A stretch of 64,000 bases of DNA, taken from the NCBI GenBank assembly GCA_038214755.1, contig JBBQRQ010000003.1, positions 32,001 through 96,000 of the forward strand, read 5' to 3'. The position numbers were made by a program, and so were the translations under genes. This document shows, piece after piece, positions 1 through 10,914 of this stretch (position 1 is its first letter; each line of letters begins with the position of its first letter). Source of the stretch: Verrucomicrobiota bacterium (GTDB lineage: Bacteria > Verrucomicrobiota > Verrucomicrobiia > Limisphaerales > CANJXF01). A model generated the notes under the pieces. It saw nothing but the letters and a program-made list of their open reading frames with translations. It ran no database searches and had not been told where the DNA came from.

Positions 1-30
1 TCAACTCTCAACTATCAACCCTTCCCCATC

Positions 31-290
31 ATGTTCAACTTTGAAAACCTTGAAACCTGGCACGAAGCCATCTCCTTCGCCGACCTGGTTTATATACTCA
101 CGCGCCGTTTTCCCGACGAGGAACGATTCGCCTTACCCATCAGATGCGGCGCGCTGCGGTCTCCATCTCATCGAACATCGCCGAAGGTTGCTCCCGATCT
201 GCCCGCATGGATTACGCGCTTCGTGGAAATTGCGACCGGCAGTGTTTTTGAAGTCGTTTCCCAAGCTACCATCGTGAAGTTCCCCCGAAA
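31..290 (+). pseudogene. Four-helix-bundle (23S rRNA IVS-type) protein, frameshifted and 3'-truncated
   Basis: N-terminus MFNFENLETWHEAISFADLVYILTRRFPDEERF. The family motif LTHQMRRAAVSISSNIAEG is in another frame (~133-217), then the original frame resumes with FVEIATGSVFEVVSQ. Preceded by tcaactc heptamer repeats. Confidence 0.8.
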
Positions 291-344
291 CGGTGGACAA
301 GGGGCATTGAATCTATTCTCCATGGTTCTCCAAAGTAGCGGTTT

Positions 345-1337
345 TTACGGCACCGGCAATTCGTTAAAAATTTTCTGCACGATCGTCTCGCTCGTTTTTT
401 CTTCTGCTTCGGCTTCGTAGGTGATGGCGACCCGGTGGCGCAGGACATCCATGCCGATGCTTTTTACGTCTTGCGGGGTGACGTAGCCGCGTCCGCGTAG
501 AAACGCAAAAGCTTTCGCCGCGAGCGTGAGGGCAATCGTCGCGCGCGGCGATGCGCCGAGTTGAATCATGCCTTGCAATCCTCGAAGTTTGTAAGTGTCC
601 GGCTCGCGCGTCGCGCAGACGACATCGACGATGTAATCCTTCACTTTGTCGTCGATGTAGATGTCGTTGACTACGCGTCGCGCGTCGAAAATTTCGTTCG
701 CGGTGACGACGGGTTGTGCGCTCGGTGGCGGACCGGTGCGCGCCATCAAATCCAAAACCTGCCGTTCTTCCGCGCGCGATGGATAAACAATTTTCAATTT
801 CAACATGAAGCGATCCACCTGCGCTTCGGGCAGCGGATAAGTTCCTTCCTGCTCAATTGGATTTTGCGTGGCGAGAACGAGAAACGGTTCTTCCAATTTA
901 AAAGTTTGATCGCCGATGGTGACCTGCTTTTCCTGCATTGCTTCAAGCAACGCGCTTTGCACTTTGGCCGGCGCACGATTGATTTCGTCCGCGAGAACGA
1001 GGTTCGCGAAAATCGGGCCTTTGCGCGTGGTGAAGCCGCCGCTTTGCGGATTGTAAATTTGCGTTCCAATTAAATCGGCGGGCAAAAGGTCGGGCGTGAA
1101 TTGCAAGCGGGCGAATTTCACGCTGAGACATTGCGCCAGCGTTTTGACGGAAAGCGTCTTGGCGAGACCAGGAACGCCTTCAAGCAAAACGTGGCCGTTG
1201 GCGAGCAGGCCGATGATGAGCCGCTCGACCAGATAAGTTTGGCCGACGATGACATGGCTCATTTCGTTCATGAGCGGGCGCACGAACGCGCTGGCGCGTT
1301 GGACTTCTTCGTTTATCGCAGTGATGCCTGTATTCAT
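345..1337 (-). CDS. moxR: MoxR-family AAA+ ATPase
   Basis: GHVLLEGVPGLAKT Walker A, RLQFTPDLLPAD, LADEINRAPAKVQSALLEAMQE, ATQNPIEQEGTYPLPEAQVDRF. Start placed at ATG 1337. Confidence 0.93.
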   Translation of the reverse strand: MNTGITAINEEVQRASAFVRPLMNEMSHVIVGQTYLVERLIIGLLANGHVLLEGVPGLAKTLSVKTLAQCLSVKFARLQFTPDLLPADLIGTQIYNPQSGGFTTRKGPIFANLVLADEINRAPAKVQSALLEAMQEKQVTIGDQTFKLEEPFLVLATQNPIEQEGTYPLPEAQVDRFMLKLKIVYPSRAEERQVLDLMARTGPPPSAQPVVTANEIFDARRVVNDIYIDDKVKDYIVDVVCATREPDTYKLRGLQGMIQLGASPRATIALTLAAKAFAFLRGRGYVTPQDVKSIGMDVLRHRVAITYEAEAEEKTSETIVQKIFNELPVP

Positions 1338-1543
1338 AAATTGATTTGCAAACTTGTATCGCCAAATGGACAGCAAAAGCAAAAAAACTGTTCAGAGAAT
1401 TTTTTGGTAGGGCGAGACTCCGTCGAGCCTGATTAAATTCCCAAGCGAACTTAAGGCCACGCTTCGACCAAGTTCGCAAGTAAATGACTGAAAGTACCTG
1501 ACACCCTTCTGGGAATAGACTTAACATCCAAGGAAGCTAATCA

Positions 1544-2503
1544 GTGAAGATCAATCCCGAAATTCAAATTCCGAAATCCGAGAGTCGAAAGACATCGGAA
1601 ACCCGAAAGCCGAAAGTGCTGCGGAGCTGTGCTGATCCCAAAGCATTTTTTCGGGCGCCTGCCGGAAATCATTTTCGGCGTTCGGATTTCGGCCTTCTTT
1701 CGGATTTCGGGGATTCGGATTGCGGAGTTCACGCTAATAATTCATCTCCGACTGGTTCCGGCCATAACCCACGCTGGTCTGGTTTTACTCTGATTGAACT
1801 TCTGGTCGTGATTGCGATTATCGCTCTACTCGCCAGCCTCTTGCTCCCCGCGTTATCGAGCGCCAAAGAAAAAGCCCGCCGCACCAACTGTGTGAGCAAC
1901 CTCCGGCAACTCGGCTTGGCGGTTCACACTTACGCCCTGGACAACAGGGACTTTTTATTCGATGGAATCCGAGATCGAGGTGATTCATTTTTGATTAGCA
2001 TTTCGAGTCCCATGTACGTCGCCATCCGGAGCCAGTTTGGGGAAAAGGTGTTTGATTGTCCTAACATCTATCCGGTGCACTTTCCGGGAATCACCGATGA
2101 TCCGAATGGACGCTATCAAACGGGTATCGGCTATTATATCGGCTACCATTATCATGGAGGGCGGACATTTCCGCTCCAAGCGCGCTGGAAATCGCCCTTA
2201 AAAACCACGGATCGTCCTTCTCCCGACACTAATTTTATCTCCACGTCTCAACTGGTGCTTTATTCGGATTTGAATAGCTGGAGCCAGGAATGGGTAACCG
2301 TCCCTCACACAAAATCCGGTGCCTATAAAAGAAATGGCGAATTTTATATCAGACCGTCCGGGGGAATGACCCCACTACAACTGGGAAGTGTCGGGGGTAA
2401 TGTCGCTTACCTGGACGGCTCGGTAAGCTGGAAAAAAATCCAGGCAATGTATCAAAATTATTGGACCTACTCGGAAGATGGCAGTCATCGGGGCGCTTGG
2501 TAG
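1544..2503 (+). CDS. Prepilin-type N-terminal cleavage/methylation protein (DUF1559/H-X9-DG-like); start uncertain
   Basis: [45 protein letters not shown] and C-terminal [13 protein letters not shown]. Confidence 0.88.
   Translation: MKINPEIQIPKSESRKTSETRKPKVLRSCADPKAFFRAPAGNHFRRSDFGLLSDFGDSDCGVHANNSSPTGSGHNPRWSGFTLIELLVVIAIIALLASLLLPALSSAKEKARRTNCVSNLRQLGLAVHTYALDNRDFLFDGIRDRGDSFLISISSPMYVAIRSQFGEKVFDCPNIYPVHFPGITDDPNGRYQTGIGYYIGYHYHGGRTFPLQARWKSPLKTTDRPSPDTNFISTSQLVLYSDLNSWSQEWVTVPHTKSGAYKRNGEFYIRPSGGMTPLQLGSVGGNVAYLDGSVSWKKIQAMYQNYWTYSEDGSHRGAW
1556..1725. repeat. Degenerate ccgaaat/atttcgg short repeats in inverted arrangement
   Basis: ccgaaattcaaattccgaaatccga ... ttcggatttcggccttctttcggatttcggggattcggatt. 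Confidence 0.6.
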
Positions 2504-2557
2504 TCCTGCAGGAGTTTTCTCGGGTAGGGAGACTTCCGTCGAGTCGTGACAAACCGA

Positions 2558-3481
2558 TTAAAAAAATTTCTTCGCCGCTTCAACGTCTTTCGCGATTTGT
2601 TGTTTCAAAGTTTCCGCTGAAGAAAATTTTTGTTCGTCGCGCAACTTTTCGACAAAAGTTAATTCCATTTCCTTCCCGTAAATTTCGCCGGAGAAATCGA
2701 GCAGATGTGCTTCGACGTGCAGCTGCGGGGAAGAAATCTTCATCGTTGGTCGTAACCCAATGTTGACGGCGGCGCGGAAAATTTTTCCACCCACTTGCGC
2801 GTGCGCCGCGTAAACTCCGTTGGGCGGAAGAGCGAGATTTGTCACGTCGAGATTAGCCGTGGGAAATCCGAGTCGCCGTCCGACTTTGTCGCCTTCAATG
2901 ATTTTTCCAACGAGCGAATAGGCGCGGCCCAACATTTGACTTGCTTGATCCAAATTTCCGGCGCGAATGGCCTCGCGGATACGCGTGCTGCTGACGCGCT
3001 CGCCGTCGAGCGAAACCGCGGCAAGCCCATGCACGATAAAGTTAAAATCTTCACCGAGTTTTTTCAGAAGATCCACATTGCCCAGGCGTTTGTGCCCGAA
3101 AGTAAACGAGCTTCCGACGCAAATGCTGTGAATGCTTTTAAAATCATGGACAAGTCCGGCAATGAATTCTTCAGCGGGAACTTCGCTAAACGATTTGTCA
3201 AAATGAATAAGCAACGTCGTGTCGATGCCGAGCGATTCGATGACACGAAGTTTCTTTGTCAAAGAATAAATCAGCGGCGGCGCGCGGTCAGGAGCGACGA
3301 CGGAACTCGGATGGCAATCAAATGTGACGACCACGGAGATGGCTTCGTGCTGTTGCGCATCGGTAATAGTTTGGCGAACGACTTGTTGGTGTCCGAGATG
3401 CACTCCGTCAAAAACGCCGATAGCCATGCAAACTTTGCGATTGCGGGAATTTATTTGTTCGGCGGAGCGAATGACGTTCAT
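2558..3481 (-). CDS. ribF: Bifunctional riboflavin kinase/FAD synthetase
   Basis: IGVFDGVHLGHQ, VSSTRIR, GRRLGFPTAN, EAHLLDFSGEIYG, LRDEQKF. Confidence 0.96.
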   Translation of the reverse strand: MNVIRSAEQINSRNRKVCMAIGVFDGVHLGHQQVVRQTITDAQQHEAISVVVTFDCHPSSVVAPDRAPPLIYSLTKKLRVIESLGIDTTLLIHFDKSFSEVPAEEFIAGLVHDFKSIHSICVGSSFTFGHKRLGNVDLLKKLGEDFNFIVHGLAAVSLDGERVSSTRIREAIRAGNLDQASQMLGRAYSLVGKIIEGDKVGRRLGFPTANLDVTNLALPPNGVYAAHAQVGGKIFRAAVNIGLRPTMKISSPQLHVEAHLLDFSGEIYGKEMELTFVEKLRDEQKFSSAETLKQQIAKDVEAAKKFF

Positions 3482-3500
3482 GGGAAAATTCGACTTCCTA

Positions 3501-3570
3501 GTAGCCGCCGACGTGAGGAGGCGGATTTTCGGTTGCCCGGCCTAATCCGCCTCCTTACGTCGGCGGCTAC
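3501..3570. repeat. REP-like inverted doublet (GTAGCCGCCGACGTGAGGAGGCGG family)
   Basis: gtagccgccgacgtgaggaggcggat ... atccgcctccttacgtcggcggctac. Same family at 53950-54020, 56287-56357 and inside the CHAT genes. Confidence 0.85.
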
Positions 3571-3592
3571 GAATGGCAAGTTCATGGGAAAA

Positions 3593-4309
3593 TTATTCCG
3601 CCGTCGCGAGTTTGAGAAAAGGAATTACGCGCCTCTCCAATTCACCAAGAGAAAGTATCAAAATGTTTTCCAACGGGATTGCGTCTTTCACATCGAAACT
3701 TCCTGACACCAGCCGCCGCAAAGTTTGCAAGTGAGCGCCACAACCCACCTTTTGCCCGAGATCATGCGCGATGCTGCGGACATAAGTTCCCTTCGTGCAG
3801 GCAACGCGAAACTGTCCAATGGGTTCTTCGTAATTTGAAAAACGAAAACTGTAGATGCGAACCAGGCGCGGCTTGCGTTCCACTTCGATTCCTTTGCGCG
3901 CGAGTTTGTAGAGCGGAACGCCGCCAATTTTTATCGCGGAAACCATCGGCGGCATTTGCATTTGATCGCCTTGAAACGTGGCGGCGGCTTCGTTCAATTC
4001 CGGCAACGTCATCGGCGGGACGGGCAGGGAAGCTACGAGTTCGCCATCGGCGTCGTAACTCGCGGTGGTTTCGCCAAACTTAATTGTGCCTTCATAGACT
4101 TTGTCGCCGCCCATGAGTTTCTCCGAAAGTTTTGTTCCTTTTCCGAGGACGATGATGAGAAGTCCGGTCGCGTTGGGATCGAGAGTTCCGCAATGGCCGA
4201 CTTTTTTAATTCCGAATTTCCGGCGAATCGCATCCACGACATCGTGCGAAGTGGGACCCGCAGGTTTGTCGATGAGGACAGCGCCGTCGAGGGAGTCAAA
4301 TTCTAGCAT
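3593..4309 (-). CDS. truB: tRNA pseudouridine(55) synthase
   Basis: DKPAGPTSHDVV, KVGHCGTLDPNATG, CTKGTYVRSIAHDLG. Confidence 0.96.
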   Translation of the reverse strand: MLEFDSLDGAVLIDKPAGPTSHDVVDAIRRKFGIKKVGHCGTLDPNATGLLIIVLGKGTKLSEKLMGGDKVYEGTIKFGETTASYDADGELVASLPVPPMTLPELNEAAATFQGDQMQMPPMVSAIKIGGVPLYKLARKGIEVERKPRLVRIYSFRFSNYEEPIGQFRVACTKGTYVRSIAHDLGQKVGCGAHLQTLRRLVSGSFDVKDAIPLENILILSLGELERRVIPFLKLATAE

Positions 4310-4314
4310 GACAG

Positions 4315-4509
4315 TTAGCGAGATGAAGGAACGGAGACGGAGAGTTTGCGGCAGATTTTTTTGGCGAGAAAAAAGTCTATCTCAACATGGCGCGGGACAG
4401 GTTCAATTGCGCCGGTCACTGGATTGCGCCAGATGGAATGAGGTCCCGTATCACGCGCGCAAAAACAACCTTCGGCTTCCAAGTGCCGAAGCAATTCGCG
4501 TCGTTTCAT
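4315..4509 (-). CDS. hicA: HicA-family mRNA interferase toxin
   Basis: 64 aa, MKRRELLRHLEAEGC..R..GPHSIW.NP..G....VPRH.EI. Confidence 0.88.
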   Translation of the reverse strand: MKRRELLRHLEAEGCFCARDTGPHSIWRNPVTGAIEPVPRHVEIDFFLAKKICRKLSVSVPSSR

Positions 4510-4721
4510 TCGGAGGTCAATGTGGTTTTTTCCGCCTGCGGAGGAATGTGCGCGAGTCCTTCGTCACGCTTGAATTCCAAAACAGATTGGATGGATGCCT
4601 CCAAATCTTTCAAACATTCCTCACGGGTTAATCCCTGTCCGTTGGCTTCAGGAACTTCGGGGCAAGAACCGATGAGGTATTTTTCTCCTGGCTCGATAAC
4701 AGCGGTAAACTGATATTTCAT
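4506..4721 (-). CDS. hicB: HicB-family antitoxin, short form without DNA-binding domain
   Basis: MKYQFTAVIEPGEKYLIGSCPEVPEANGQGLTREECLKDLEASI; stop overlaps hicA start (ATGA). Confidence 0.85.
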   Translation of the reverse strand: MKYQFTAVIEPGEKYLIGSCPEVPEANGQGLTREECLKDLEASIQSVLEFKRDEGLAHIPPQAEKTTLTSE

Positions 4722-4849
4722 TTGTGGGACACTAAGCTTTTCCCAGTTTGAAATCAATGACCACGACTCGCGCAATGGAGCAACTCGCCCTTTTCCGTCA
4801 CCTCGCGCAGAAAAAAATCTCCGTTGGCCAGGCTGGCGATTGCATGAAA

Positions 4850-5620
4850 TCATTTCCAAACTTCATCGAGCGCCTCGATGAAAAGTTTGTTTAATTCGGC
4901 AGTGTCCACTTGAGCGGCGGATTTCAATTTCTCGACGTTGGATAATCGTTCGAGTTCAACCTCGATAAAATTGTTCAACACTGGAATCTTAGGTTCAAGA
5001 TCGAGTTCGTGGCCGCTCTTCTTACGTTCCAGCAACGCGTGGATTTCCTGTTTCAGAGGGACGGAGAGAACTAACCTTTCCAACAACATGTCGAACTCCA
5101 TCGGCACGGGACCCAAGTCGGCTTCAATCCATTTGCAGCCCAACAAGGGGCGCAACACATAAAAATATTTCTTCACTCGCACAATGTCGCCTCTCAAATA
5201 TTCCCGGAAATTTCCCCTCGCCATATGAAAGTAATGGCTCAAGCAACTTGATGGAGAATAGTACGCTGGAATCAGATTCCTAAGTTTTTCGATCGCGAAA
5301 AATTTTTGTTGATAGATCACCGGAGAACGCAGCCATTCCAAAAGAGGTGGGTTCGACTTTCGGAAAAGACGAAGTGCTTTGCGAATTTCCCAGCCGCTGA
5401 GATCAATATTTTCGGTGAGCGGGCGCTCAATTACCTCTCGCTGTTCGTCAATCGAAAGATACCAGTCGCGCGGATGAAGGTAGATAAATCGAACGTCATA
5501 ATCGCTATTTTCAGAAGGGAAACCCCAAGCTCGGCTGCCGGATTCGCACGCGTAAAAAATGGAAATATTTTCCTGGCGCTCAACTTCCAGGAGCTTTTCT
5601 TTGATGATGTCTTTGACCAT
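4850..5620 (-). CDS. Predicted nucleotidyltransferase (Pol-beta superfamily, PF10127/YcgL-like)
   Basis: YACESGSRAWGFPSENSDYDVRFIY, DLSGWEIRKAL, SNPPLLEWLRSP, KKYFYVLRP. Confidence 0.9.
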   Translation of the reverse strand: MVKDIIKEKLLEVERQENISIFYACESGSRAWGFPSENSDYDVRFIYLHPRDWYLSIDEQREVIERPLTENIDLSGWEIRKALRLFRKSNPPLLEWLRSPVIYQQKFFAIEKLRNLIPAYYSPSSCLSHYFHMARGNFREYLRGDIVRVKKYFYVLRPLLGCKWIEADLGPVPMEFDMLLERLVLSVPLKQEIHALLERKKSGHELDLEPKIPVLNNFIEVELERLSNVEKLKSAAQVDTAELNKLFIEALDEVWK

Positions 5621-5638
5621 GTAGCTGAACAGCGTTTC

Positions 5639-6622
5639 TCATTTTGCGGAATCGAGCGCTTTTTTGATCGCGGCGATGACCCGGCGTTGCGCGGAGAGGG
5701 GACTTCCAGAAATCTTCGCGCCCGCCGCCGCTTGATGTCCGCCGCCTCCGAACAGCGCGGCGATTTCGCTCACGTTCACTTTGTTGTTTTTGGAACGGAG
5801 ACTGATACGGGTCATATCTGGCTCGATCTCTTCAAAGACGCACGCAATTTCCACGGGCCGCATGTCGCGAATATGATCGATCAAACCTTCCGACTCCGTG
5901 GTGTCCGCGCCGGTGCGGGAGAAATCTTTTTTCTTAAGCCAGAGATATGCGATCTGGTCGTTGTGCGTCAGACGAAATTTATTGTAGAGATGTTTCAGCA
6001 ACCGGACACGCGACATCGGATAGGATTGATAAACTTCATCGCAAATTTTGGCGACGTTGGCGCCGCGCTTCACCAGTTCGCCGGCGGTGTTGTAGGTCAT
6101 CGGCTTCGTCGTCGCGTATTGGAACGAGCCAGTGTCGGTTGAGACAGCCGTGAACAAACAATCTGCAATCTTCGGCGTGATCGGCCAGGAAGCGGCCTTC
6201 AAAAGTTTGAAAATGAGTTCGCCCGTGGAAGCTTCGCGCGCGGAAATCCAATTGATGTCACCGTAGCGAGTGTTGCTTTGGTGATGATCGATGTTGATTA
6301 AAAGTTTTCGTTGCTCGATGGCGGGAACACATTTGCCCAAACGCTCGTAACTCGCGCAATCGGTGGCGATGACGCAGTCGAAATCCATTCCGCGTTCTGG
6401 TTTTTCCAGCAAATGATCGGGGTCAAGAAACGCCAGTTTGTCGGGAACAGAATCTTCATTCCAGCAGGAGACTTTTCTCCCTTCGTTTTTCAACGCCAGT
6501 GAAAGCGCCAGTTGCGAACCGATGCAATCGCCATCGGGACGGACGTGGCCCACGACACAAATAGTTTTACTGGCGCGAAGTTGCTCGATGATCCGGCCAA
6601 CGACCTGCGGGTAAGATTTCAT
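5639..6622 (-). CDS. nrnA: DHH-family oligoribonuclease/PAP phosphatase
   Basis: GHVRPDGDCIGS, NIDHH, TDTGSF, SLRS, GGGGHQAAAG; conserved position after rbfA. Confidence 0.92.
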   Translation of the reverse strand: MKSYPQVVGRIIEQLRASKTICVVGHVRPDGDCIGSQLALSLALKNEGRKVSCWNEDSVPDKLAFLDPDHLLEKPERGMDFDCVIATDCASYERLGKCVPAIEQRKLLINIDHHQSNTRYGDINWISAREASTGELIFKLLKAASWPITPKIADCLFTAVSTDTGSFQYATTKPMTYNTAGELVKRGANVAKICDEVYQSYPMSRVRLLKHLYNKFRLTHNDQIAYLWLKKKDFSRTGADTTESEGLIDHIRDMRPVEIACVFEEIEPDMTRISLRSKNNKVNVSEIAALFGGGGHQAAAGAKISGSPLSAQRRVIAAIKKALDSAK

Positions 6623-6999
6623 TCCTCCAGTTCCTGCGGTTGCGGCGCCTCCAGAGGAGAAGACTTGTCGAGTTCTCCGAGTATTTCCAGGACGCGATTT
6701 CCTTTTTCAATGGAATCGTCAACGATGAAGCGGAGTCGTGGCGTGTATTTGAGAACAACCGCTTTTCCGACAAGTCCTTGAAGGCGCTTTTGTTCTTTAT
6801 GCAACAGGGCCGCGCCGCGTTTTTTTTGCTCGGCGGTTCCAAAAATTCCGACATAGACCAGCGCCGAATGCAGATCACTCGAGACCATCACGTCGTTGAT
6901 GTTAATCAAGCCGGCTTCGCTGACGGGAAGTTCGCGGCGGATGACTTCGCCGATTTCGCGTTTCAAAAGTTCTCGAACCCGTTGGAGCCGGAGCGACAT
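6619..6999 (-). CDS. rbfA: 30S ribosome-binding factor A
   Basis: RLQRVRELLKREIG, SSDLHSALVY, LKYTPRLRFIVDDSIEKG. Confidence 0.95.
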   Translation of the reverse strand: MSLRLQRVRELLKREIGEVIRRELPVSEAGLININDVMVSSDLHSALVYVGIFGTAEQKKRGAALLHKEQKRLQGLVGKAVVLKYTPRLRFIVDDSIEKGNRVLEILGELDKSSPLEAPQPQELEE

Positions 7000-7017
7000 A
7001 AAAACCTCCCGTTGGAA

Positions 7018-9405
7018 TTAAAGTTTGGAAGCAGCGACCTTCTCGACGGTGTAACACTCAATGGCATCGCCGATTTGAAATTCATTAAAACCATCGAGAC
7101 GAATGCCGCATTCCATTCCCGCGCGCACCTCGTTGACCTCGTCCTGGAATCGGCGCAACGATTGCGTCACGCCTTCGTAGATCAAACCCTTCTTGCGCAT
7201 AACGCGGACTTTCCCGCGAACAATGCGGCCGCTCGAAACCATGCAACCGGCGACGCTGCCGCCCTTGGACAATTCGAAAAGTTTGCGGACTTCCGCTGAA
7301 CCGATGACCACTTCTTTACTGATTGGATCAAGCAAGCCGGCCATCGCGTCTTTCACGTGATCGATCAATTCGTAAATGATGGCGTAAAGTTTGACCTGCA
7401 CGCCTTCGCGCTTGGCGGCCTCTGAGACTCCGTTGTCGATGCGCGTGTGGAAACCAAGAATAATCGCGTTCGACGCCGAGGCGAGTGACACATCGGATTC
7501 GGTAATCGTGCCGACGGCGCTGTGAATTATTTCCAGCGAAACTTTTTCGGACTCGATTTTTTTCAACGCTTCGACAATCGCTTCGACAGAACCTTGCGTG
7601 TCGGCTTTGACCACGACCTTCAACATTTTGGAAGCGTTGGCGTCGAGCGTGGCGAAGAGAGTTTCGAGCGTGACTTTGGTGCGGGCTTCACCGGCGAGTT
7701 TTCGCGCGTCTTGAAAACGTTGCTCTCCTAAATCGCGCGCCGCTTTTTCGTTCTCGACGGCGCTGAATTCCAATCCGGCTTCCGGGATGCCATTGAGTCC
7801 GAGTAATTTCACGGCGACCGACGGACCCGCTTCTTTTAAGCGCTGGCCTTCCTCGTTGATGAGTGCCCGAACTTTCCCCCAGTACTGTCCGCAAATCACG
7901 ACATCCCCAACCCGCAAAATTCCTTTGCGAACCAGAACAGTCGCCGTCGGGCCGCCCGCTTCCAAACCGGATTCGATGACGTTGCCTTTCGCACGGCGAT
8001 TCGGATTCGCTTTCAGTTCGAGCAAATCCGCCTGGAGCAAAATCATTTCGAGCAACTTGTCCACGCCCTGTTTGGTCAACGCAGAACAATCCACGAAAAT
8101 GGTGTCGCCGCCCCAATCGTCGGGCACGAGACCTTTGTCTTGAAGTTGCTGGCGCACCTTCATTGGATTGGCGTTGGGGTGATCCATTTTGTTGACCGCA
8201 ACGAGGATGGGCACTTTCGCCGCTTGCGCGTGACTGAGCGCTTCGAGGGTTTGGGGCATCACGCCGTCATTGGCGGCAACAACGAGAATGACAACATCGG
8301 TGACATTCGCCCCGCGCGCGCGCATCGCGCTGAACGCGGCGTGGCCCGGTGTGTCGAGAAAAGTAATTTGTTGAACTTCGCCTTTTCGTTCCGGATGCGG
8401 AAACGAAATCGTGTAAGCGCCGATGTGTTGCGTGATTCCGCCCGATTCTCCGGCGGCAACATTGGCCTTACGGATCACGTCGAGCAAACTCGTTTTGCCA
8501 TGATCGACGTGCCCCATGATCGTAACCACCGGAGCGCGGGGCTTCATTTCTTCCGGCTTATCTTCGCTGTCCAGTTCAACTTTTTTAATCGGCGCGTGAA
8601 CCACTCCACCGCCGCGTTCCCGTTTCTCAACTTCAAATCGAAAGCCGTACTTCGCGCATATTTTTTGCGCCGCTTCTTCGTCGATGGATTGATTGACGGT
8701 GGCGAAGACGCCCAATCCCATCAAGTCAGCGATTAATTGAAAGGGTTTGCGATTGAGTTGCTCGGCCAGTTCGCGAACGACCACCGGCGGTTTGAGCGTG
8801 ATCAATGTTCCAGTGGTGGGCGGGACGAATTTTGGCGCGGTCGGTTTTTGCGGTTCGACTTTTCGGACGGGCAGGGCGGGCGCGCCGGGGGCGGACGTTC
8901 CTCCTTGCACCGAGCGAATATCGCCGCGCCGGGTAAAATCAGTGCGAGTGCCGGACTGGTATCGATTCGGAGCGCCTGGTCCGCTGCTCGGTCTTTCGCC
9001 TGTTCGCGGAGCGGCTTTGGTGGGCAACTGCACAAACCCAACTTTTTCGCCAAGCTGCGGCCCGGTGGGGGGTGGAGGAAGTTCGGGAACGGGCGGCGGT
9101 GCGGTAATGGTTTCGACAACGGTCTCTTTGGTTTCCGCCAGAATCTCAACTGGTTTTTCTTCGATGACGGGCGGCTGGGAAATTATTTTAATCGGAGCAG
9201 GTTCCGGCGCTGGGGCAGGGGGTGGTTCGGGCGCGGGGGTGACGTGTTTGACTCCGCCGAGTTGTTGCTCAAGAAATTCAGCGGTGATTTTATCGAGCGA
9301 ACTGGACGGGACTTTTGCGGCAATGCCCAACTCCTTGGCTTTGGCCAAAACTTCCTTGTTCTCGATTCCGAGTTTCTTTGAAATTTCGTAAATACGAACG
9401 GGCAT
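7018..9405 (-). CDS. infB: Translation initiation factor IF-2
   Basis: [52 protein letters not shown]. Confidence 0.98.
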   Translation of the reverse strand: MPVRIYEISKKLGIENKEVLAKAKELGIAAKVPSSSLDKITAEFLEQQLGGVKHVTPAPEPPPAPAPEPAPIKIISQPPVIEEKPVEILAETKETVVETITAPPPVPELPPPPTGPQLGEKVGFVQLPTKAAPRTGERPSSGPGAPNRYQSGTRTDFTRRGDIRSVQGGTSAPGAPALPVRKVEPQKPTAPKFVPPTTGTLITLKPPVVVRELAEQLNRKPFQLIADLMGLGVFATVNQSIDEEAAQKICAKYGFRFEVEKRERGGGVVHAPIKKVELDSEDKPEEMKPRAPVVTIMGHVDHGKTSLLDVIRKANVAAGESGGITQHIGAYTISFPHPERKGEVQQITFLDTPGHAAFSAMRARGANVTDVVILVVAANDGVMPQTLEALSHAQAAKVPILVAVNKMDHPNANPMKVRQQLQDKGLVPDDWGGDTIFVDCSALTKQGVDKLLEMILLQADLLELKANPNRRAKGNVIESGLEAGGPTATVLVRKGILRVGDVVICGQYWGKVRALINEEGQRLKEAGPSVAVKLLGLNGIPEAGLEFSAVENEKAARDLGEQRFQDARKLAGEARTKVTLETLFATLDANASKMLKVVVKADTQGSVEAIVEALKKIESEKVSLEIIHSAVGTITESDVSLASASNAIILGFHTRIDNGVSEAAKREGVQVKLYAIIYELIDHVKDAMAGLLDPISKEVVIGSAEVRKLFELSKGGSVAGCMVSSGRIVRGKVRVMRKKGLIYEGVTQSLRRFQDEVNEVRAGMECGIRLDGFNEFQIGDAIECYTVEKVAASKL

Positions 9406-9472
9406 AATTTTTTTTCCGCAAACTGTGCGACCAGGTCATCATGCGCGTAACATGTTGAGGCCGCTTTTCATT

Positions 9473-10756
9473 TTAAGCTGCTGTCAATTGTCCAGCGCCG
9501 CCACTCTCGCCGCGTTTAGCCGCTTCAGCTTTGGCGGCTTCAATAATTTCACCGGCACTTTCTTTCAACGCTTCGATTTGTTCGAGGTCGCTCACTTCAA
9601 CCTGCAACAAATCTTCCAAACTCAAAAAGCCCGCGTGAACCAGAGCGTCGGCTTGCTCGCGGGAAATTCCTGGAATGGCCGCAAGCGTCTGCACAGCCTG
9701 CGCTACTTTTTCCTCGAAGCCAAAAGTCACCACCGCTTCCGGTTCGATATCAATTTGCCAACCGGTCAGCTTGGAAGTGAGGCGCGCGTTTTGTCCGCGT
9801 TTGCCGATAGCGAGGGACAACTGATCTTCGGCCACTAAAATTTTTACGCGTTTGCGCGCTTCATCCATTTCAAATGCTTTTATTTTCGCAGGCGAAAGGG
9901 CGTTGGCGATAAAAGTTTTGGAATTCGCGTCCCACTTGATGATGTCCACTTTTTCATTGTTCAACTCGCGCACTATATTTTTCACACGCTGACCGCGCAG
10001 GCCGACGCACGCGCCGACGGGATCGACTTTTTCATCGCGCGTGTAAACCGCCAGCTTGGTGCGAAAACCCGGCTCGCGCGCGATGCCTTTGATCTCAATC
10101 GTGCCGTCGCTGATCTCCGAAACTTCCAGCTTGAAAAGTTTCACGACGAACTGCGGATCCGCGCGGGACAAAATAATTTCGGGACCGTGCGGGCCATTCT
10201 CCACGGCTTTGACGAAGCAACGAATTCGCTCGCCGATTTGATATTCCTCGGTGGGAACACGTTCGCGATTTGGCAAAAGCGCTTCGTATTTTCCCAAATC
10301 AATCGTCACGTCCGAGCGTTCAAAACGACGAACAACTCCGCTGATAATATCTCCGACGCGATCCTTAAATTCCGCGAAGATCATCTGCTTTTCCACGCGG
10401 CGCATGTGGGTCATCAGTGATTGTTTGGCGTATTGCGCGGCGATGCGGCCAAAACCCGTCGGCGTCACTTCGACTTCAACTTCGTCGCCAACTTTTGCAT
10501 CGGGCTTGATTCGGCGCGCGTCGAAAACCGAAATCTCGTCATGCTTGGAAACGACTTTTTCCGAAACCTGCAACTTGGCAAAAGCGCGGATGTCGCCGGA
10601 TTTTTGATCGATCACGCAACGCAGTTCGCGCGCGGGTCCGATCGCTTTTTTCGCGGCAGACAAAAGCGCTTCCTCCACCGCTCCGATCAAAATCTCGCGG
10701 CTGATACCTTTTTCCCGTTCCCAGAAATCCAGGACTGCTAAAAAATCTGCGTTCAT
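9473..10756 (-). CDS. nusA: Transcription termination/antitermination factor NusA
   Basis: FGRIAAQYAKQ, AREPGFRTK, DPVGACVGLRGQRV, SLAIGKRGQNARL. Confidence 0.97.
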   Translation of the reverse strand: MNADFLAVLDFWEREKGISREILIGAVEEALLSAAKKAIGPARELRCVIDQKSGDIRAFAKLQVSEKVVSKHDEISVFDARRIKPDAKVGDEVEVEVTPTGFGRIAAQYAKQSLMTHMRRVEKQMIFAEFKDRVGDIISGVVRRFERSDVTIDLGKYEALLPNRERVPTEEYQIGERIRCFVKAVENGPHGPEIILSRADPQFVVKLFKLEVSEISDGTIEIKGIAREPGFRTKLAVYTRDEKVDPVGACVGLRGQRVKNIVRELNNEKVDIIKWDANSKTFIANALSPAKIKAFEMDEARKRVKILVAEDQLSLAIGKRGQNARLTSKLTGWQIDIEPEAVVTFGFEEKVAQAVQTLAAIPGISREQADALVHAGFLSLEDLLQVEVSDLEQIEALKESAGEIIEAAKAEAAKRGESGGAGQLTAA

Positions 10757-10914
10757 ATTTCAATTTTTCCCCACGTGGGGAACAAAAAAGCCGGTAGAAT
10801 AATTTCTCCGACTTGGCGCGCTGGCGAACCAGCAAAAACTTTACGGCAAGGCAAACCATGCCAATGCTTTCTCGCGTCGTCAAGTTGCAATTCCTTCGCG
10901 CGAGTGCGCAGGAC

